NCBI GenBank assembly: GCA_028700655.1
Contig: JAQVSG010000001.1
Location: 40,507 to 104,506, forward strand
Source of the DNA: Caldisericia bacterium
Lineage (GTDB): Bacteria; Caldisericota; Caldisericia; UBA6126
Length of the DNA stretch: 64,000 bases
Direction: 5' to 3'
The position numbers were made by a program, and so were the translations under genes. The notes below the pieces were generated by a model that saw only the letters and a list, made by a program, of their open reading frames with translations, had not been told where the DNA came from and did no database searches. This document shows positions 45,000 to 55,072 of the stretch, one piece after another. The first letter of the stretch is position 1. The number at the start of each line of letters is the position of its first letter.

Positions 45000-45287
45000 A
45001 TGGCAGGCGAAATTGCTCTTCTCACCGTAGAGATGAGGTTGCCAGGTATTCAAAGTCTGAAGGAAAAGCGTAGAATTCTTCAGTCAATGATCCAAAAAAT
45101 GAAATCGAAGTTTAATGTAGCTGTTAGTGAAACAGATTTGCAAGATACATGGCAACGAGCAGAATTGTCTATCGTATCTATTAATACTTCATGGAATGAA
45201 CTTCAACGTACTATTGGGTATATCCAAAATTGGATACAAAGCCAATACGAGATTGAAGTGATTGAAGATAGGATTGAAAGATTATGA
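45000..45287 (+). CDS. DUF503 (YlxP-like) protein
   Basis: 95 aa. LPGIQSLKEKRRILQSMIQKMKSKFNVAVSETDLQDTWQRAELSIV. It sits in the conserved position between infB and rbfA. Confidence 0.85.
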   Translation: MAGEIALLTVEMRLPGIQSLKEKRRILQSMIQKMKSKFNVAVSETDLQDTWQRAELSIVSINTSWNELQRTIGYIQNWIQSQYEIEVIEDRIERL

Positions 45288-45706
45288 GAAGTTATCATAA
45301 AGAAAAATTAGAAAAACGAATCCGAGAAGCTTTAAGCCAAATTTTGGTATACGAAATAGAAGATCCAAGATTGCAAGCCTGTTTGATCAATCGAGTAGTG
45401 TGTTCGCCAGATTTTCGTCTTGCCAAGATATATATTAGTATTTTTGGTGGACCGGAAGCAGAAAAAGCAGGTCTTCAAGCGCTGCGAAGCGCCTCCAAAT
45501 TTCTCCAATCTCATTTGGCTTCTAAAATACAAGTGCGTTTTGTCCCTCTCCTTTCCTTTTTCTTGGAAGAAGATCCTGATAAAAGTCTCCAATCTATCAA
45601 AAGAGTATACAAAGTGTTAGAAGAAGAATCGGAGCTACATTCTCAAAATGAGGAAGAGGATACGTCTACAATCGAGGAAGATGAGATTCTAGAGGATACT
45701 CAGTAA
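45284..45706 (+). CDS. rbfA: Ribosome-binding factor A, with an acidic C-terminal tail
   Basis: 140 aa. ATGA overlap with the upstream gene. LEKRIREALSQILVYEIEDPRL, AKIYISIFG. Confidence 0.9.
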   Translation: MRSYHKEKLEKRIREALSQILVYEIEDPRLQACLINRVVCSPDFRLAKIYISIFGGPEAEKAGLQALRSASKFLQSHLASKIQVRFVPLLSFFLEEDPDKSLQSIKRVYKVLEEESELHSQNEEEDTSTIEEDEILEDTQ

Positions 45707-45710
45707 CCAA

Positions 45711-46670
45711 ATGTTACGATTCTTCTCTTCTCTAGGTTCCTCTACTTCCCTTGTATTATGTACGCACGAAAACCCTGATATTGACGGAGTAAGTTCTTTG
45801 GGAGTTTTGTCCCAATGGCTTGCTTCGTATGGATTTTCTGTGCAAAGTATTATTCAACCTCCTATTCCTGGGGTACAATATCTTCACGGGGTAAGTACTT
45901 CCCTTACCGATCCTTCCCAATTGAATTTGTCCCAACCACACATCGTTGTTTCATTGGATTGTGCCACTTTGCAGCGAATTTGGCCCCAATCCATACTTTC
46001 TTCTGCCTCTATGTGTGTAAACTTTGACCATCATATTGACAACCCTTTTTTTGGGGATCAGAATTACGTCGACCCCACCCTATCTTCTACTGCTGAATTG
46101 ATGTATGTGGAAATAAAGAAAATAGAACCAGTGATTCCTCTTACACTTTTGGAAAACTGTTATGCGGGGCTTTTGTTTGATACAGGAGGATTTCGGTATA
46201 GCAATACTACAGCCACTACATTACAGCATGCAACAGAGATGGTGCAAGCAGGAGTTTGCCCTGCTCTTGTAGCACAACGTGTATTCCAATCTTATTCAAG
46301 CCAAACATTCCAAGCCTTACAATGCTCTCTACAAAACTGTATATACGAGAAACAAACTCCTTCCTATATTTTTACTCATGTTTCGTATTCCATGGTGCAG
46401 GAATATCATTTAGCTCCTCATGACTTTGAAGGAGTTGTGGATATTCTTAGATTGCATCAAAATGCAGATATTATTGTTCTGGTTCGCGAATTGGGACCGA
46501 ATCAATGGAAAGGTAGCATTCGTAGCATTGAGAAATACTCCATACTAGCAGTTGCCCATTCTTTTTCCGGAGGGGGACATCACAATGCAGCTGGGTTTTC
46601 TTTCCAAGGAACATACGAAGAACTTCATACAAAAATTCTATCACAAATCAACTCCATAGCACCCCATTGA
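45711..46670 (+). CDS. DHH/DHHA1 family phosphoesterase (NrnA-like oligoribonuclease/pAp phosphatase)
   Basis: 319 aa. CTHENPDIDGVSS, NFDHHIDN and GGGHHNAAG motifs. Confidence 0.85.
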   Translation: MLRFFSSLGSSTSLVLCTHENPDIDGVSSLGVLSQWLASYGFSVQSIIQPPIPGVQYLHGVSTSLTDPSQLNLSQPHIVVSLDCATLQRIWPQSILSSASMCVNFDHHIDNPFFGDQNYVDPTLSSTAELMYVEIKKIEPVIPLTLLENCYAGLLFDTGGFRYSNTTATTLQHATEMVQAGVCPALVAQRVFQSYSSQTFQALQCSLQNCIYEKQTPSYIFTHVSYSMVQEYHLAPHDFEGVVDILRLHQNADIIVLVRELGPNQWKGSIRSIEKYSILAVAHSFSGGGHHNAAGFSFQGTYEELHTKILSQINSIAPH

Positions 46671-46684
46671 CCGAAAGGAACGTA

Positions 46685-47407
46685 ATGAATACTGAGTATT
46701 TCCCAACTCCCCATGTGAACGTTTCTGGACTCCTTCTTGTGAACAAACCAAAAGGAATTACTTCCTTTGATGTCATTCGTATTCTGCGTTCCAAAACAGG
46801 TCTGTCAAAGATGGGACACGGGGGCGTTTTGGATAAAAATGCAACAGGGCTTCTTATAGTGGGAGTTGGAAAAGCAACCAAGAAATTGTCCATCCTGTTA
46901 GAAGGATCCAAAAAGTATACTACCACTATTGTTATTGGGGCTGGATCTGATACTCATGATTGGTTGGGGCACCGTTGGGTTTATAAAAGCGTTCCCAAAA
47001 ATATTACCCTTTCGACGATTCAAGAACTCTTATCTACCTCTTTTACGGGAACCATTCAACAAAAACCACCCCTCTATTCAGCGTTAAAAAAAGAGGGGAA
47101 AAAGTATTATCAATATGCTCTTTCGGGTGAATCTCTAGAGATCTCCGCCAGAGAAGTCGATATTTTCTCTCTCCGATGTGTTTCGTATATACAAAAATCG
47201 TATCAAGCGCAACTGGTTTTATCCATTGAGTGTTCCAAAGGAACCTATATTCGATCTCTTGCTCGAGATATTGGACTACAACTAGGCAGTGTTGGAGTTG
47301 TAAAAGACCTTTGCAGAACCCATATAGGGAACTATTCTCTAGCCAATGCCATCCCGCTTTCCCGTATTACTTCTTTGGAAGATATTCAGAAGGCTGTTAT
47401 ATCATGA
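46685..47407 (+). CDS. truB: tRNA pseudouridine(55) synthase TruB
   Basis: The track start at 46667 is TTG. The ATG at 46685 follows GAAAGGAA. LLVNKPKGITSFDV, GHGGVLDKNATGLL, QKPPLYSALKKEGKKYY. Confidence 0.9.
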   Translation: MNTEYFPTPHVNVSGLLLVNKPKGITSFDVIRILRSKTGLSKMGHGGVLDKNATGLLIVGVGKATKKLSILLEGSKKYTTTIVIGAGSDTHDWLGHRWVYKSVPKNITLSTIQELLSTSFTGTIQQKPPLYSALKKEGKKYYQYALSGESLEISAREVDIFSLRCVSYIQKSYQAQLVLSIECSKGTYIRSLARDIGLQLGSVGVVKDLCRTHIGNYSLANAIPLSRITSLEDIQKAVIS

Positions 47408-48330
47408 ACCAGAGGCAGATTGGTTGCATTGGAAACTTTGATGGAGTACATGTTGGCCATCAAGAACTCATTCGAGTCACCAGGGATATTGCTGAAAAGG
47501 AAGACTTGAAACCCATCTTAGTTACCTTCCAAACACACACAAAAATTCTTGATGAGTGTTCCTATCTAACAACCTCTAGCGAAAAAAATCACATCATTCA
47601 TAATCTTGGGATTGAAAAGGTCGTACAATTGGATTTTCCAGGAATTATAGCGGACATGAGTCCCGATGAATTTGTTGAACACATCCTGATGCATTCTCTT
47701 CAAATGACCCACGTCATTGTGGGGGACAACTTTTGTTTTGGAAAGAATCGCTCTGGTAATAGCTCTACCTTAAAAATGATAGGAGAAAAAAGAAACATAG
47801 GGGTTACTGTTGTGCCCTTAAAAACGTACCAAGACGCACCCATTTGTAGTTCTAGTATACGAAAAGCAATTGATGAAGGGGATGTAACTCGAGCCAATGC
47901 GATGCTGGGATACCCCTTTTTTAATCAAGGCATCATTGTTCCTGGGAAAAAACGAGGACGAACAATGGGAATACCCACAGCAAACCTGCATCCTCGAAAT
48001 GCCATGAAAAAAAATCCCAAAGAAGGGGTCTATATTACCCATATTCTACTGAATGGAGAATTGTATCCCTCAATCACTCATATTGGCCCAAAGCCAACAT
48101 TTCAAGAAATGAATGATGGGATTGAAACGTACCTTCTTTCTCACAGTGGAAACTTTTATTCACAACGATTTGTGATTCTTTGGTTGGAGCGAATTCGAGA
48201 TGTCCAGTGCTTTTCCACCCAAGACGAATTGGTGCAGCAAATCCAAAGAGATATTCTACGTACCCAAACTTACTTTAAGGAACAAGAACCATCATGGTCC
48301 GGATTGCCCAACCTTCTTAGAAACCTTTAA
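47404..48330 (+). CDS. ribF: Bifunctional riboflavin kinase / FMN adenylyltransferase
   Basis: The track ORF begins at 47230 inside truB. The ATG at 47404 forms an ATGA overlap with the truB stop and gives MNQRQIGCIGNFDGVHVGHQ. The kinase part contains GKKRGRTMGIPTANL. Confidence 0.92.
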   Translation: MNQRQIGCIGNFDGVHVGHQELIRVTRDIAEKEDLKPILVTFQTHTKILDECSYLTTSSEKNHIIHNLGIEKVVQLDFPGIIADMSPDEFVEHILMHSLQMTHVIVGDNFCFGKNRSGNSSTLKMIGEKRNIGVTVVPLKTYQDAPICSSSIRKAIDEGDVTRANAMLGYPFFNQGIIVPGKKRGRTMGIPTANLHPRNAMKKNPKEGVYITHILLNGELYPSITHIGPKPTFQEMNDGIETYLLSHSGNFYSQRFVILWLERIRDVQCFSTQDELVQQIQRDILRTQTYFKEQEPSWSGLPNLLRNL

Positions 48331-48346
48331 AAATATGCTTGAAGGG

Positions 48347-50746
48347 TTATTTCTTTGAGGTTTCTTTAGAATTCTCTTTTGTGTTTTTGGATTCTTCATC
48401 CCCAAAGATTTCTCTGTACATTTGATCCTCGGAAGAGTTATCTCTGACGGAGTGTTCTTTATTTTCCACCGATTCTTTTTGGGTCTTCTTTACTTCATTT
48501 TCATGGAAGAATTTTTTTTCTAGAGCAGGGAGCAGGGTTTTTTCTAAAAAACGTTTGTTAATTTCTTTGTTGGAGTCGTAGATGATTTGTCCCTGTGAAA
48601 CAGCAATTTGAATATCTTCATCGGTAGGAAACCCATTAATAAACTGATCTCCAGGGGTTGGATAGGGTTCGATACCGGAAAAGGGAAATCCAGTTTGCAT
48701 TTGGAACGGTGTTTTTTGATCGTTGGATGCGGATGCTGTGGGGGTGGGAGTAGAAACAGATGGATCGGGGTCTTTCCTTTTTTGTTCTTGTTCTTCTCGT
48801 TCTTTTTCTTCTTTTTCCCTTTTTTGTTGCATTGCATATTCTTCAAACAAGGGATTTTTCGATTTTTCTTCGGGTGTTAACTCTCGAATTCGGCTTAAAA
48901 TTTCTTCCAATTCCATCCCACTAACGGTTTCTTTTTCACTTAACAATATAGCAATTTCTTTGATTTCTTTGTGTTTTTCTCTGACAATGTTCTGGGCATT
49001 TTCGTAGGCTTCATCAATCAGGGCTTTTATCTCCATGTCGATGGTTTGTCCGGTTTCTTCACTATAGTCTCTTTCAGAGGTAAGCGATTTTCCTAAAAAG
49101 ATCGCTCCTCCTTCTTTTCCAAATGTACGTTGGCCAAGTTTTGAGCTCATCCCAAATTTGGTAACCATACTAGTGGCTACTTCTGTTACTTTTTCAAGGT
49201 CGTTTGCTGCTCCGGTGGAAACATCATGCAAGAAAAACTGTTCGGCAGCTCTTCCACCAAGCAGGCCTGATAGAGTATGGATGAGTTCTTTTCGGGTTCG
49301 TAAAAAGCGATCTTCAATAGGAAGTTGCATGGTATATCCAAGCGCTCTTCCACGAGAAACAACAGAAATTTTATGAACGGGTTCTAAATCCTTGTAATAG
49401 CGAAGAACCGTAGCGTGACCTGTTTCGTGAATAGCAATGGCCCATTTTTCAGGGGGTGTAATTTGTCGGCTTTTCTTTTCAGGACCTGCTACAATGCGAT
49501 CAATGGAATCTTCAATTTCATCGTGATGAATAAAGGATTTGTTTCTTCGAGCTGCTAGTATAGCTGATTCATTGAGTAGGTTTTCCAGGTCGGCTCCCGT
49601 AAAACCAGCGGTTTGTTTAGATATGATAGGGATGTTCACATCTTTTCCTAACGGTTTGTTTTTGGCATGCAGTGTCAGGATTTCTTGTCTTTCGGAGGAA
49701 TCGGGAAGATCAATAAACATTTGACGATCAAAACGTCCTGGTCGAAGAAGGGCTGGATCTAAAATATCGGGTCGGTTGGTGGCGGCAATAATGATGACAC
49801 CTGAGTTGGCAGCAAAACCATCCATTTCGACCAAAATCTGGTTGAGGGTTTGCTCTCTTTCGTCGTGTCCTCCACCCAGACCGGCACCTCGTTGTCTTCC
49901 CACGGCATCAATCTCATCAATAAAAATAATGGCGGGTGCAAACTTTTTGGCTTGTGTAAATAAATCTCGCACTCGGGATGCACCAACACCTACGAACATC
50001 TCTACAAATTCCGATCCAGAAACCGTGAAAAAAGGGGCTTTCGCTTCGCCAGAAATGGCCCGCGCAATCAATGTTTTACCACAACCCGGAGGGCCTACTA
50101 AAAGGATCCCTTTGGGTATTTTCGCACCAATTTTATTGAATTTGTCAGGATTTTTCAGGAAATCAATAATTTCCTGTATCTCTGTTTTTACTTCATTGAG
50201 ACCAGCAACATCCTTTAGTGTAACGCGAGGATGATTGTCCATAAACAATTTGGCGGTGCTTTTGCCAAAATTAAATACTTGTCCCCCACCACTGCTTTGC
50301 ATACTTCTACTAAGCAACATCCAAAAAAGGAAAATGATCAGAATGGTGGATCCAAAGTTAAGAACATATCCCCACACTTCGGAGTTATTGGGAATCACCA
50401 TGTTTGTGGGAATACTATTGTCCAGAAGAATGGCAGTAACATCTTCAATTTGAGAGGGGAAAATAACTACTTTAAACTGCGTACTACCTTCCACGGTACC
50501 TGGTTTTAAAACACCTATGATTTCGGTTTCATGGACTTTCGCAGATTCAATTTTCTGCTCGGTTGCAAGTCGTTGAAATTCGTTGATGGTAAGTTCTGTT
50601 GGAGAGGGTGCATTGGCAGAATTAAAAAGGAAAGAGGATAGGAGAATGACAAACACAATGCCCAGAATCCACATAAAGCTGAAATTTGGTGTTCCTTTGG
50701 GGGGAGTTTTTTTTTGGGAAGGTCTTGGGTATTTTGGTTCCGGCAT
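48347..50746 (-). CDS. ftsH: ATP-dependent zinc metalloprotease FtsH with a ~180-aa C-terminal extension
   Basis: 799 aa. Two N-terminal TM segments, [33 protein letters not shown]. The tail runs from about [10 protein letters not shown] to the end. Confidence 0.97.
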   Translation of the reverse strand: MPEPKYPRPSQKKTPPKGTPNFSFMWILGIVFVILLSSFLFNSANAPSPTELTINEFQRLATEQKIESAKVHETEIIGVLKPGTVEGSTQFKVVIFPSQIEDVTAILLDNSIPTNMVIPNNSEVWGYVLNFGSTILIIFLFWMLLSRSMQSSGGGQVFNFGKSTAKLFMDNHPRVTLKDVAGLNEVKTEIQEIIDFLKNPDKFNKIGAKIPKGILLVGPPGCGKTLIARAISGEAKAPFFTVSGSEFVEMFVGVGASRVRDLFTQAKKFAPAIIFIDEIDAVGRQRGAGLGGGHDEREQTLNQILVEMDGFAANSGVIIIAATNRPDILDPALLRPGRFDRQMFIDLPDSSERQEILTLHAKNKPLGKDVNIPIISKQTAGFTGADLENLLNESAILAARRNKSFIHHDEIEDSIDRIVAGPEKKSRQITPPEKWAIAIHETGHATVLRYYKDLEPVHKISVVSRGRALGYTMQLPIEDRFLRTRKELIHTLSGLLGGRAAEQFFLHDVSTGAANDLEKVTEVATSMVTKFGMSSKLGQRTFGKEGGAIFLGKSLTSERDYSEETGQTIDMEIKALIDEAYENAQNIVREKHKEIKEIAILLSEKETVSGMELEEILSRIRELTPEEKSKNPLFEEYAMQQKREKEEKEREEQEQKRKDPDPSVSTPTPTASASNDQKTPFQMQTGFPFSGIEPYPTPGDQFINGFPTDEDIQIAVSQGQIIYDSNKEINKRFLEKTLLPALEKKFFHENEVKKTQKESVENKEHSVRDNSSEDQMYREIFGDEESKNTKENSKETSKK

Positions 50747-50748
50747 AA

Positions 50749-51291
50749 TTATTCCTTTTCTTCATTTATTATGGCGACATAGGGAAGGCAACGATGCTGT
50801 TCTTTTGCATCAAGCCCATAGCCAACGACAAAATGATTGGGTATGGTAAACCCACAAAAATCTATATTCAACGGCACTTCTCTTCGATCTTTCTTATCCA
50901 AAAAAGTACACACATATATCTTTTTAGCACCTTTCAGAGCAAAGTATTGTTGCAAAAATACCATCGAATGACCTGAATCGATGATATCCTCTACAAGGAT
51001 AATGCTTCGTCCAAAAACAGACAAAGAAATATCTTTCTTGATTGTAATATTCCCAGAACTACAAAGATTTTGCCCATAGCTTGAAATTTGAATAAAATCA
51101 ACAGCAATATCTCTTTGAATTCTTCGACATAAATCGGATAAAAAGATAAACGCTCCATTCAAAACCCCAATCATCAAAAGGGGTTCGTTGGTTGGGAATG
51201 TATTTGATATTTCCAATGCGACACGTTCCACACCACTTTGTATTTGATCCTCGTTAAGCAAAATATCCGATGGATGAATATTCCATGACAT
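50749..51291 (-). CDS. hpt: Hypoxanthine phosphoribosyltransferase
   Basis: The track start at 51300 is TTG. The ATG at 51291 lies 1 nt after the tilS stop. IILVEDIIDSGHSM (PRPP-binding site) and FVVGYGLD. Confidence 0.92.
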   Translation of the reverse strand: MSWNIHPSDILLNEDQIQSGVERVALEISNTFPTNEPLLMIGVLNGAFIFLSDLCRRIQRDIAVDFIQISSYGQNLCSSGNITIKKDISLSVFGRSIILVEDIIDSGHSMVFLQQYFALKGAKKIYVCTFLDKKDRREVPLNIDFCGFTIPNHFVVGYGLDAKEQHRCLPYVAIINEEKE

Positions 51292-51292
51292 A

Positions 51293-52291
51293 TCACACAA
51301 CCTCGTTGATCCTAAAGTTTATAACTTCATTCTCTCGTTCTACGTTCATTTTTGAATCCGAATATAAGATAGCATTCTTTTGAGGATGTGAAAGGATACT
51401 GTTTCGAATTGTTTCCACCGAGGCAAATGAAAAATCCTCGCGATGACCAACAAGCATGCCTCGTATCTGAAGAATCGATCTTCTTTGAAGAGCTTTATGC
51501 AAGGTAGAAAAAAGAGAGCGAGGAACCCGAATGCTACAAGAGGAGATTTTCCATGTTGCCATTGTGTCTTGTACTGCTTTTTCAATCCAGTCATTTTCTC
51601 CTGATAAAACAGTCTGAAATCGCAGTACAGAAGATGAAAAACGTGGATTTAATCGGAGTATTTCTGGAAGAATATTGTTTCGTATGCGATTTCTAGAAAA
51701 CTGTACATCCTGGTTGGTGGCATCTTCTCGGAAAGGAATCTGGTAAAAAGAAGCATAGTGTCGTATTTTATCTCTTGAATAGAGAAGAAGGGGTCGAAAA
51801 ATAGTCGTTTTTGGGTCCCAGATAGGGAGTATACTGGACAATTTCTCGGGGCTGGAGCCTCGAATGAAATTGAACAAGAACGTTTCGCACAAATCGTCTT
51901 GATTGTGTCCAATCACGCTGACGTCAAAAGAATTCTTTGCACACATTTTTGCAAGGGTTTGTTTGCGAAGTTTTCTTGCTTTTTCTTCCACCCCAGTACC
52001 TGTAACAGATTCCCAATCAGAGGGATGAAAATGGACAATTTCTACCGGCACATGATGTTCTTTGCAAAAGGAGGCTACTACATTCTGATCCTCGTCACTA
52101 GCAGAACCACGTAGGTGATGATTCATATGAAGAGCTGCAAAGGTAGTTTTTAAAAGAGGTTGGGTCGAAACAAAAAGGTGGAGTAAAACCATAGAATCAG
52201 CCCCTCCAGATACAGAAAGCAAAAAAGTAGTGGAGGGAAGGAAAGGAAATGTTCTAAAAGTTGTAATAAATTGCTGTGTTACTATATTCAT
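51293..52291 (-). CDS. tilS: tRNA(Ile)-lysidine synthetase
   Basis: 332 aa. PP-loop VSGGADSMVL, and GHNQDDLCETFLFNFIRG. Confidence 0.92.
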   Translation of the reverse strand: MNIVTQQFITTFRTFPFLPSTTFLLSVSGGADSMVLLHLFVSTQPLLKTTFAALHMNHHLRGSASDEDQNVVASFCKEHHVPVEIVHFHPSDWESVTGTGVEEKARKLRKQTLAKMCAKNSFDVSVIGHNQDDLCETFLFNFIRGSSPEKLSSILPIWDPKTTIFRPLLLYSRDKIRHYASFYQIPFREDATNQDVQFSRNRIRNNILPEILRLNPRFSSSVLRFQTVLSGENDWIEKAVQDTMATWKISSCSIRVPRSLFSTLHKALQRRSILQIRGMLVGHREDFSFASVETIRNSILSHPQKNAILYSDSKMNVERENEVINFRINEVV

Positions 52292-52299
52292 AAAAAAAG

Positions 52300-52373
52300 T
52301 AGCGGCACAGGGATTCGAACCCCGGACAACACGGGTATGAGCCGTGTGCTCTGACCAACTGAGCTATACCGCC
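52300..52373 (-). tRNA. tRNA with CAT anticodon, elongator type (tRNA-Met most likely; tRNA-Ile2 not excluded); no encoded CCA
   Basis: Minus-strand read: GGCGGTA TA GCTC AGTTGGTCA GAGC A CACGG CTCATAC CCGTG TTGTC CGGGG TTCGAAT CCCTG TGCCGCT A. This gives a cloverleaf with a G1-U72 wobble, C11-G24 (elongator-like) and the anticodon loop CUCAUAC. Confidence 0.9.
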
Positions 52374-52379
52374 AAGTAG

Positions 52380-52661
52380 TTATTGAGACGTAAACTTTAT
52401 AACAAAATCTCCTGGTTTTGCAAGATCCGATTCTTCTCTTGCTATTTTTTCAATGAAAAAATCCGTTTCTGCATATTGAATCTTATTTTTCAATTCTTCA
52501 ATCTGTTCCTTAAATACTCTTTGATCTCTTTCAAGAGACTGTAAATAAACAGAAAGCTTCCCATACTGAATCATTTTAAAACTAATGAATACAACGACAC
52601 AGAATATGACGATTCGCACTACCATTGTAAGAAGATTGGGTCGCGTTCGTTTCTTTTTCAT
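52380..52661 (-). CDS. Septum formation initiator (FtsB/DivIC family) protein
   Basis: 93 aa. N-terminal TM segment VVRIVIFCVVVFISF, a coiled coil, and IEKIAREESDLAKPGDFVIKF. Confidence 0.8.
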   Translation of the reverse strand: MKKKRTRPNLLTMVVRIVIFCVVVFISFKMIQYGKLSVYLQSLERDQRVFKEQIEELKNKIQYAETDFFIEKIAREESDLAKPGDFVIKFTSQ

Positions 52662-52662
52662 G

Positions 52663-53241
52663 TTATGTTCGAGCTTTCAGCACTTCTTTCACAATTTCTT
52701 CCGCAGTGGATGCGGTATTGCCCTGGAGTCGAAGACGTTTCAATATTGTTTTGCTTTCCAAGGGGCTTAAACCCATTTCTACTAACAAATCATGAGCTTC
52801 TTCATAGCAAGAAGGTTCGTTTTCCATGTCTTGCATAGGAATGTCATCTTTCCATTTTTCGCTCAAGTAGAGATGGATTTTTTTGGCTGTTGTAGCTCCA
52901 ATGCCAGGTGTTTTGGAAAGGGCTTCCGGAACCCCTTCAGAAATGGTTTGAAACAGATCTTGCAATGAAAATGCAGACAAAATGCTAAGAGCCATTTTGG
53001 CACCAACTTTTGGAATCGATAGAAGAGTGATAAAAACTTTCTCGTGCGAAACGGTGGGAAAACCATATAGAGAAATGTTGTTCTCTCGCACCACCATGTG
53101 GGTATATAAGCGAACCGAATCACCAATAGTATATTCACTAGGTGTTGGAACAAATACTTGCAATCCGATGCCTTTTACAGCTTCGATAACAATGTACTGA
53201 TCTGCTGTGCTAATGATAGATCCTTCAAGCTGTTTAATCAT
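52663..53241 (-). CDS. ruvA: Holliday junction branch migration complex subunit RuvA
   Basis: 192 aa. MIKQLEGSI...GIGLQVFVP, and HhH motifs LLSIPKVGAKMAL and LSKTPGIGATTAKKI. Confidence 0.93.
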   Translation of the reverse strand: MIKQLEGSIISTADQYIVIEAVKGIGLQVFVPTPSEYTIGDSVRLYTHMVVRENNISLYGFPTVSHEKVFITLLSIPKVGAKMALSILSAFSLQDLFQTISEGVPEALSKTPGIGATTAKKIHLYLSEKWKDDIPMQDMENEPSCYEEAHDLLVEMGLSPLESKTILKRLRLQGNTASTAEEIVKEVLKART

Positions 53242-53729
53242 AGTATATCACCCCAATCACAATTGTAAGCATGACAAAGACTAACCGCAACTGCATCGCA
53301 CGCATCGTCTGAAGTGGGTAAGGCCATATTCAAGAGGGATTCCGACACAAGTTTCACTTCCATTTTTGAAGCCTGTCCATAATGAGTAAGTGTTTTTTTG
53401 ATTTGAAGAGGGGTATATTGAATTAGTTTTAAGTCTTGCTGAGCGGAAAGCAACATTAGAGATCCTCGCACTTCTTCAACAACAAGGGCTGTTTTTACAT
53501 TCTTTGAAAAAAACAAACGTTCCATTGCCATACAGTCGGGATGATAGGTTAAAATAAGCTGCTGGAAAAACTCGTATATTCTCTTGATACGGTATTCAGC
53601 AGGACCTTTTTGGGTAACAAAAACACCAACGTCCAATAAGCGAAACGTGTCTTCTAGGCATAGAAGACACGCATATCCCGTATTTGCTATTCCAGGATCA
53701 ACCCCCAGAATGATGGTGTTATTTTCCAC
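53238..53729 (-). CDS. ruvC: Crossover junction endodeoxyribonuclease RuvC
   Basis: 163 aa. ILGVDPGIANTGYA. ATGA overlap with ruvA. Confidence 0.93.
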   Translation of the reverse strand: MENNTIILGVDPGIANTGYACLLCLEDTFRLLDVGVFVTQKGPAEYRIKRIYEFFQQLILTYHPDCMAMERLFFSKNVKTALVVEEVRGSLMLLSAQQDLKLIQYTPLQIKKTLTHYGQASKMEVKLVSESLLNMALPTSDDACDAVAVSLCHAYNCDWGDIL

Positions 53730-53735
53730 GAAAAA

Positions 53736-54491
53736 TTAACTATTTAAGAAGATTTCAAATTCTTCGTCTGCAATATCGTAATTGGAAAAGAGTTTTGTTA
53801 CATCATCACTATCTTCCAACTCGTTTAAAAGACGAAGCATTTTTTGAGCCTTATCACCAACGAGTTTTACGTAGGTGTTGGGTACTTTATCCAGTTCAGC
53901 ATTTTCAATTTCAATGCCTTCTTGCTCAAGTATTTCTTTGGCAGAGTATAAGGACTTGGGCTCAACGGTGAGGTTCCATCCATTTTCTTCTTTTACAAAG
54001 TCTTCGGCTTCACATTTTGTGGCAATTTCAAAGACTTGATCCTCTGTGAGATCGGAATCTTTTAGTGTAATATTACCAACGGTTTTAAACATCCAGGAAA
54101 CACAACCTTGTTCCCCCATGCTACCACCAAATTTGCTAAATATTTTACGGACTTCTGCAGAGGTTCGGTTCTTGTTGTCGGTAGCCACTTCTACCAATAT
54201 GGCGGTACCTTCAGGACCATATCCCTCATAGGCGAGTTCAAGAATTTCAAAGCCATCTTTCAATTCTCCAGTTCCTCGCTTCACTGCTCTTTCAATATTA
54301 TTGTTGGGCATACCACCCGCTTTTGCTTTTTCAATAGCACTTCGAAGACGTGGATTGGAATCGATATTCCCGCCTCCTTCTCGGGCTGCTATTGATAATT
54401 CTTTGCCTAATTTTGTAAACAGTTTTCCTCTTTTTGCATCCTCTGCTTGTTTTTTACCTTTAATATTGTGCCATTTAGAGTGTCCGGACAT
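53736..54491 (-). CDS. yebC: YebC/PmpR family DNA-binding transcriptional regulator
   Basis: 251 aa. MSGHSKWHNIKGKKQAEDAKRGKLFTKL, and NPRLRSAIEKAKAGGMPNNNIERAVKRG. Confidence 0.93.
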   Translation of the reverse strand: MSGHSKWHNIKGKKQAEDAKRGKLFTKLGKELSIAAREGGGNIDSNPRLRSAIEKAKAGGMPNNNIERAVKRGTGELKDGFEILELAYEGYGPEGTAILVEVATDNKNRTSAEVRKIFSKFGGSMGEQGCVSWMFKTVGNITLKDSDLTEDQVFEIATKCEAEDFVKEENGWNLTVEPKSLYSAKEILEQEGIEIENAELDKVPNTYVKLVGDKAQKMLRLLNELEDSDDVTKLFSNYDIADEEFEIFLNS

Positions 54492-54502
54492 ACTACTTCC
54501 TC

Positions 54503-55069
54503 CTAGGTTATAGATTGAATAAACATGGAATGAATACGGTCGTCATTTCCAATTTCTGGGTGAAATGTGAGACCGAATATATTATCTTGCCGTACAAAGA
54601 TAGGATTGTGTTCTCTATCTTCGGACAAAATGGAAATGTTTGGGTTTAATGAGCGGACAATGGGGGCTCGTATGAAAACCGCTCGAAATTTCTCCGTAAA
54701 GCCTTCAATGCATACCTCCTCTACAAAACTAAAAAATTGCGGGCCGTAGCCATTTCTAGAAACAACAACGTCTAGAAGATGCAAGGCCTCCTGTTTTGTA
54801 TTGTCTATAGTTTGTGAAAGCAAAACCACTCCCGCGCATGTAGCAAGGGTTGGTAAGCCTTTCTGAATGACCTTTCGAAGAGGATCCCATAAGGCATTGA
54901 AATGGAGCAAACGAAGCATATGCGTACTTTCTCCACCAGGAAGAACAATACCATCAATGTCCTCTAGATCTTGCGGTGTTTTCACACGTTTCGTCGCGAT
55001 AGAAAGTCTTCTAAATACACACTCATGTTCTTCGATAGAACCCTGGAATCCCAGGATACCAATTTTCAC
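54503..55069 (-). CDS. pdxT: Pyridoxal 5'-phosphate synthase, glutaminase subunit PdxT
   Basis: 188 aa. KIGILGFQGSIEEH, LPGGESTHM, TCAGVVLL (Cys nucleophile), FHPE. Confidence 0.93.
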   Translation of the reverse strand: MKIGILGFQGSIEEHECVFRRLSIATKRVKTPQDLEDIDGIVLPGGESTHMLRLLHFNALWDPLRKVIQKGLPTLATCAGVVLLSQTIDNTKQEALHLLDVVVSRNGYGPQFFSFVEEVCIEGFTEKFRAVFIRAPIVRSLNPNISILSEDREHNPIFVRQDNIFGLTFHPEIGNDDRIHSMFIQSIT

Positions 55070-55072
55070 TAA

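Noticed and set aside
47230-47403. The long 5' extension of ribF (track start 47230).
   Set aside because: The extension is out of frame with truB but fully inside it, and it encodes no conserved sequence. The conserved RibF N-terminus (GNFDGVHVGHQ) follows the ATG at 47404, which is stop/start coupled (ATGA) to truB.
52300-52373. Initiator tRNA-fMet identity for the CAT tRNA.
   Set aside because: Positions 1-72 are paired (G-U), not the C-A mismatch. The D-stem has C11-G24, not A11-U24. The anticodon stem lacks the canonical G29-G30-G31 run (it reads C29, G30, G31).
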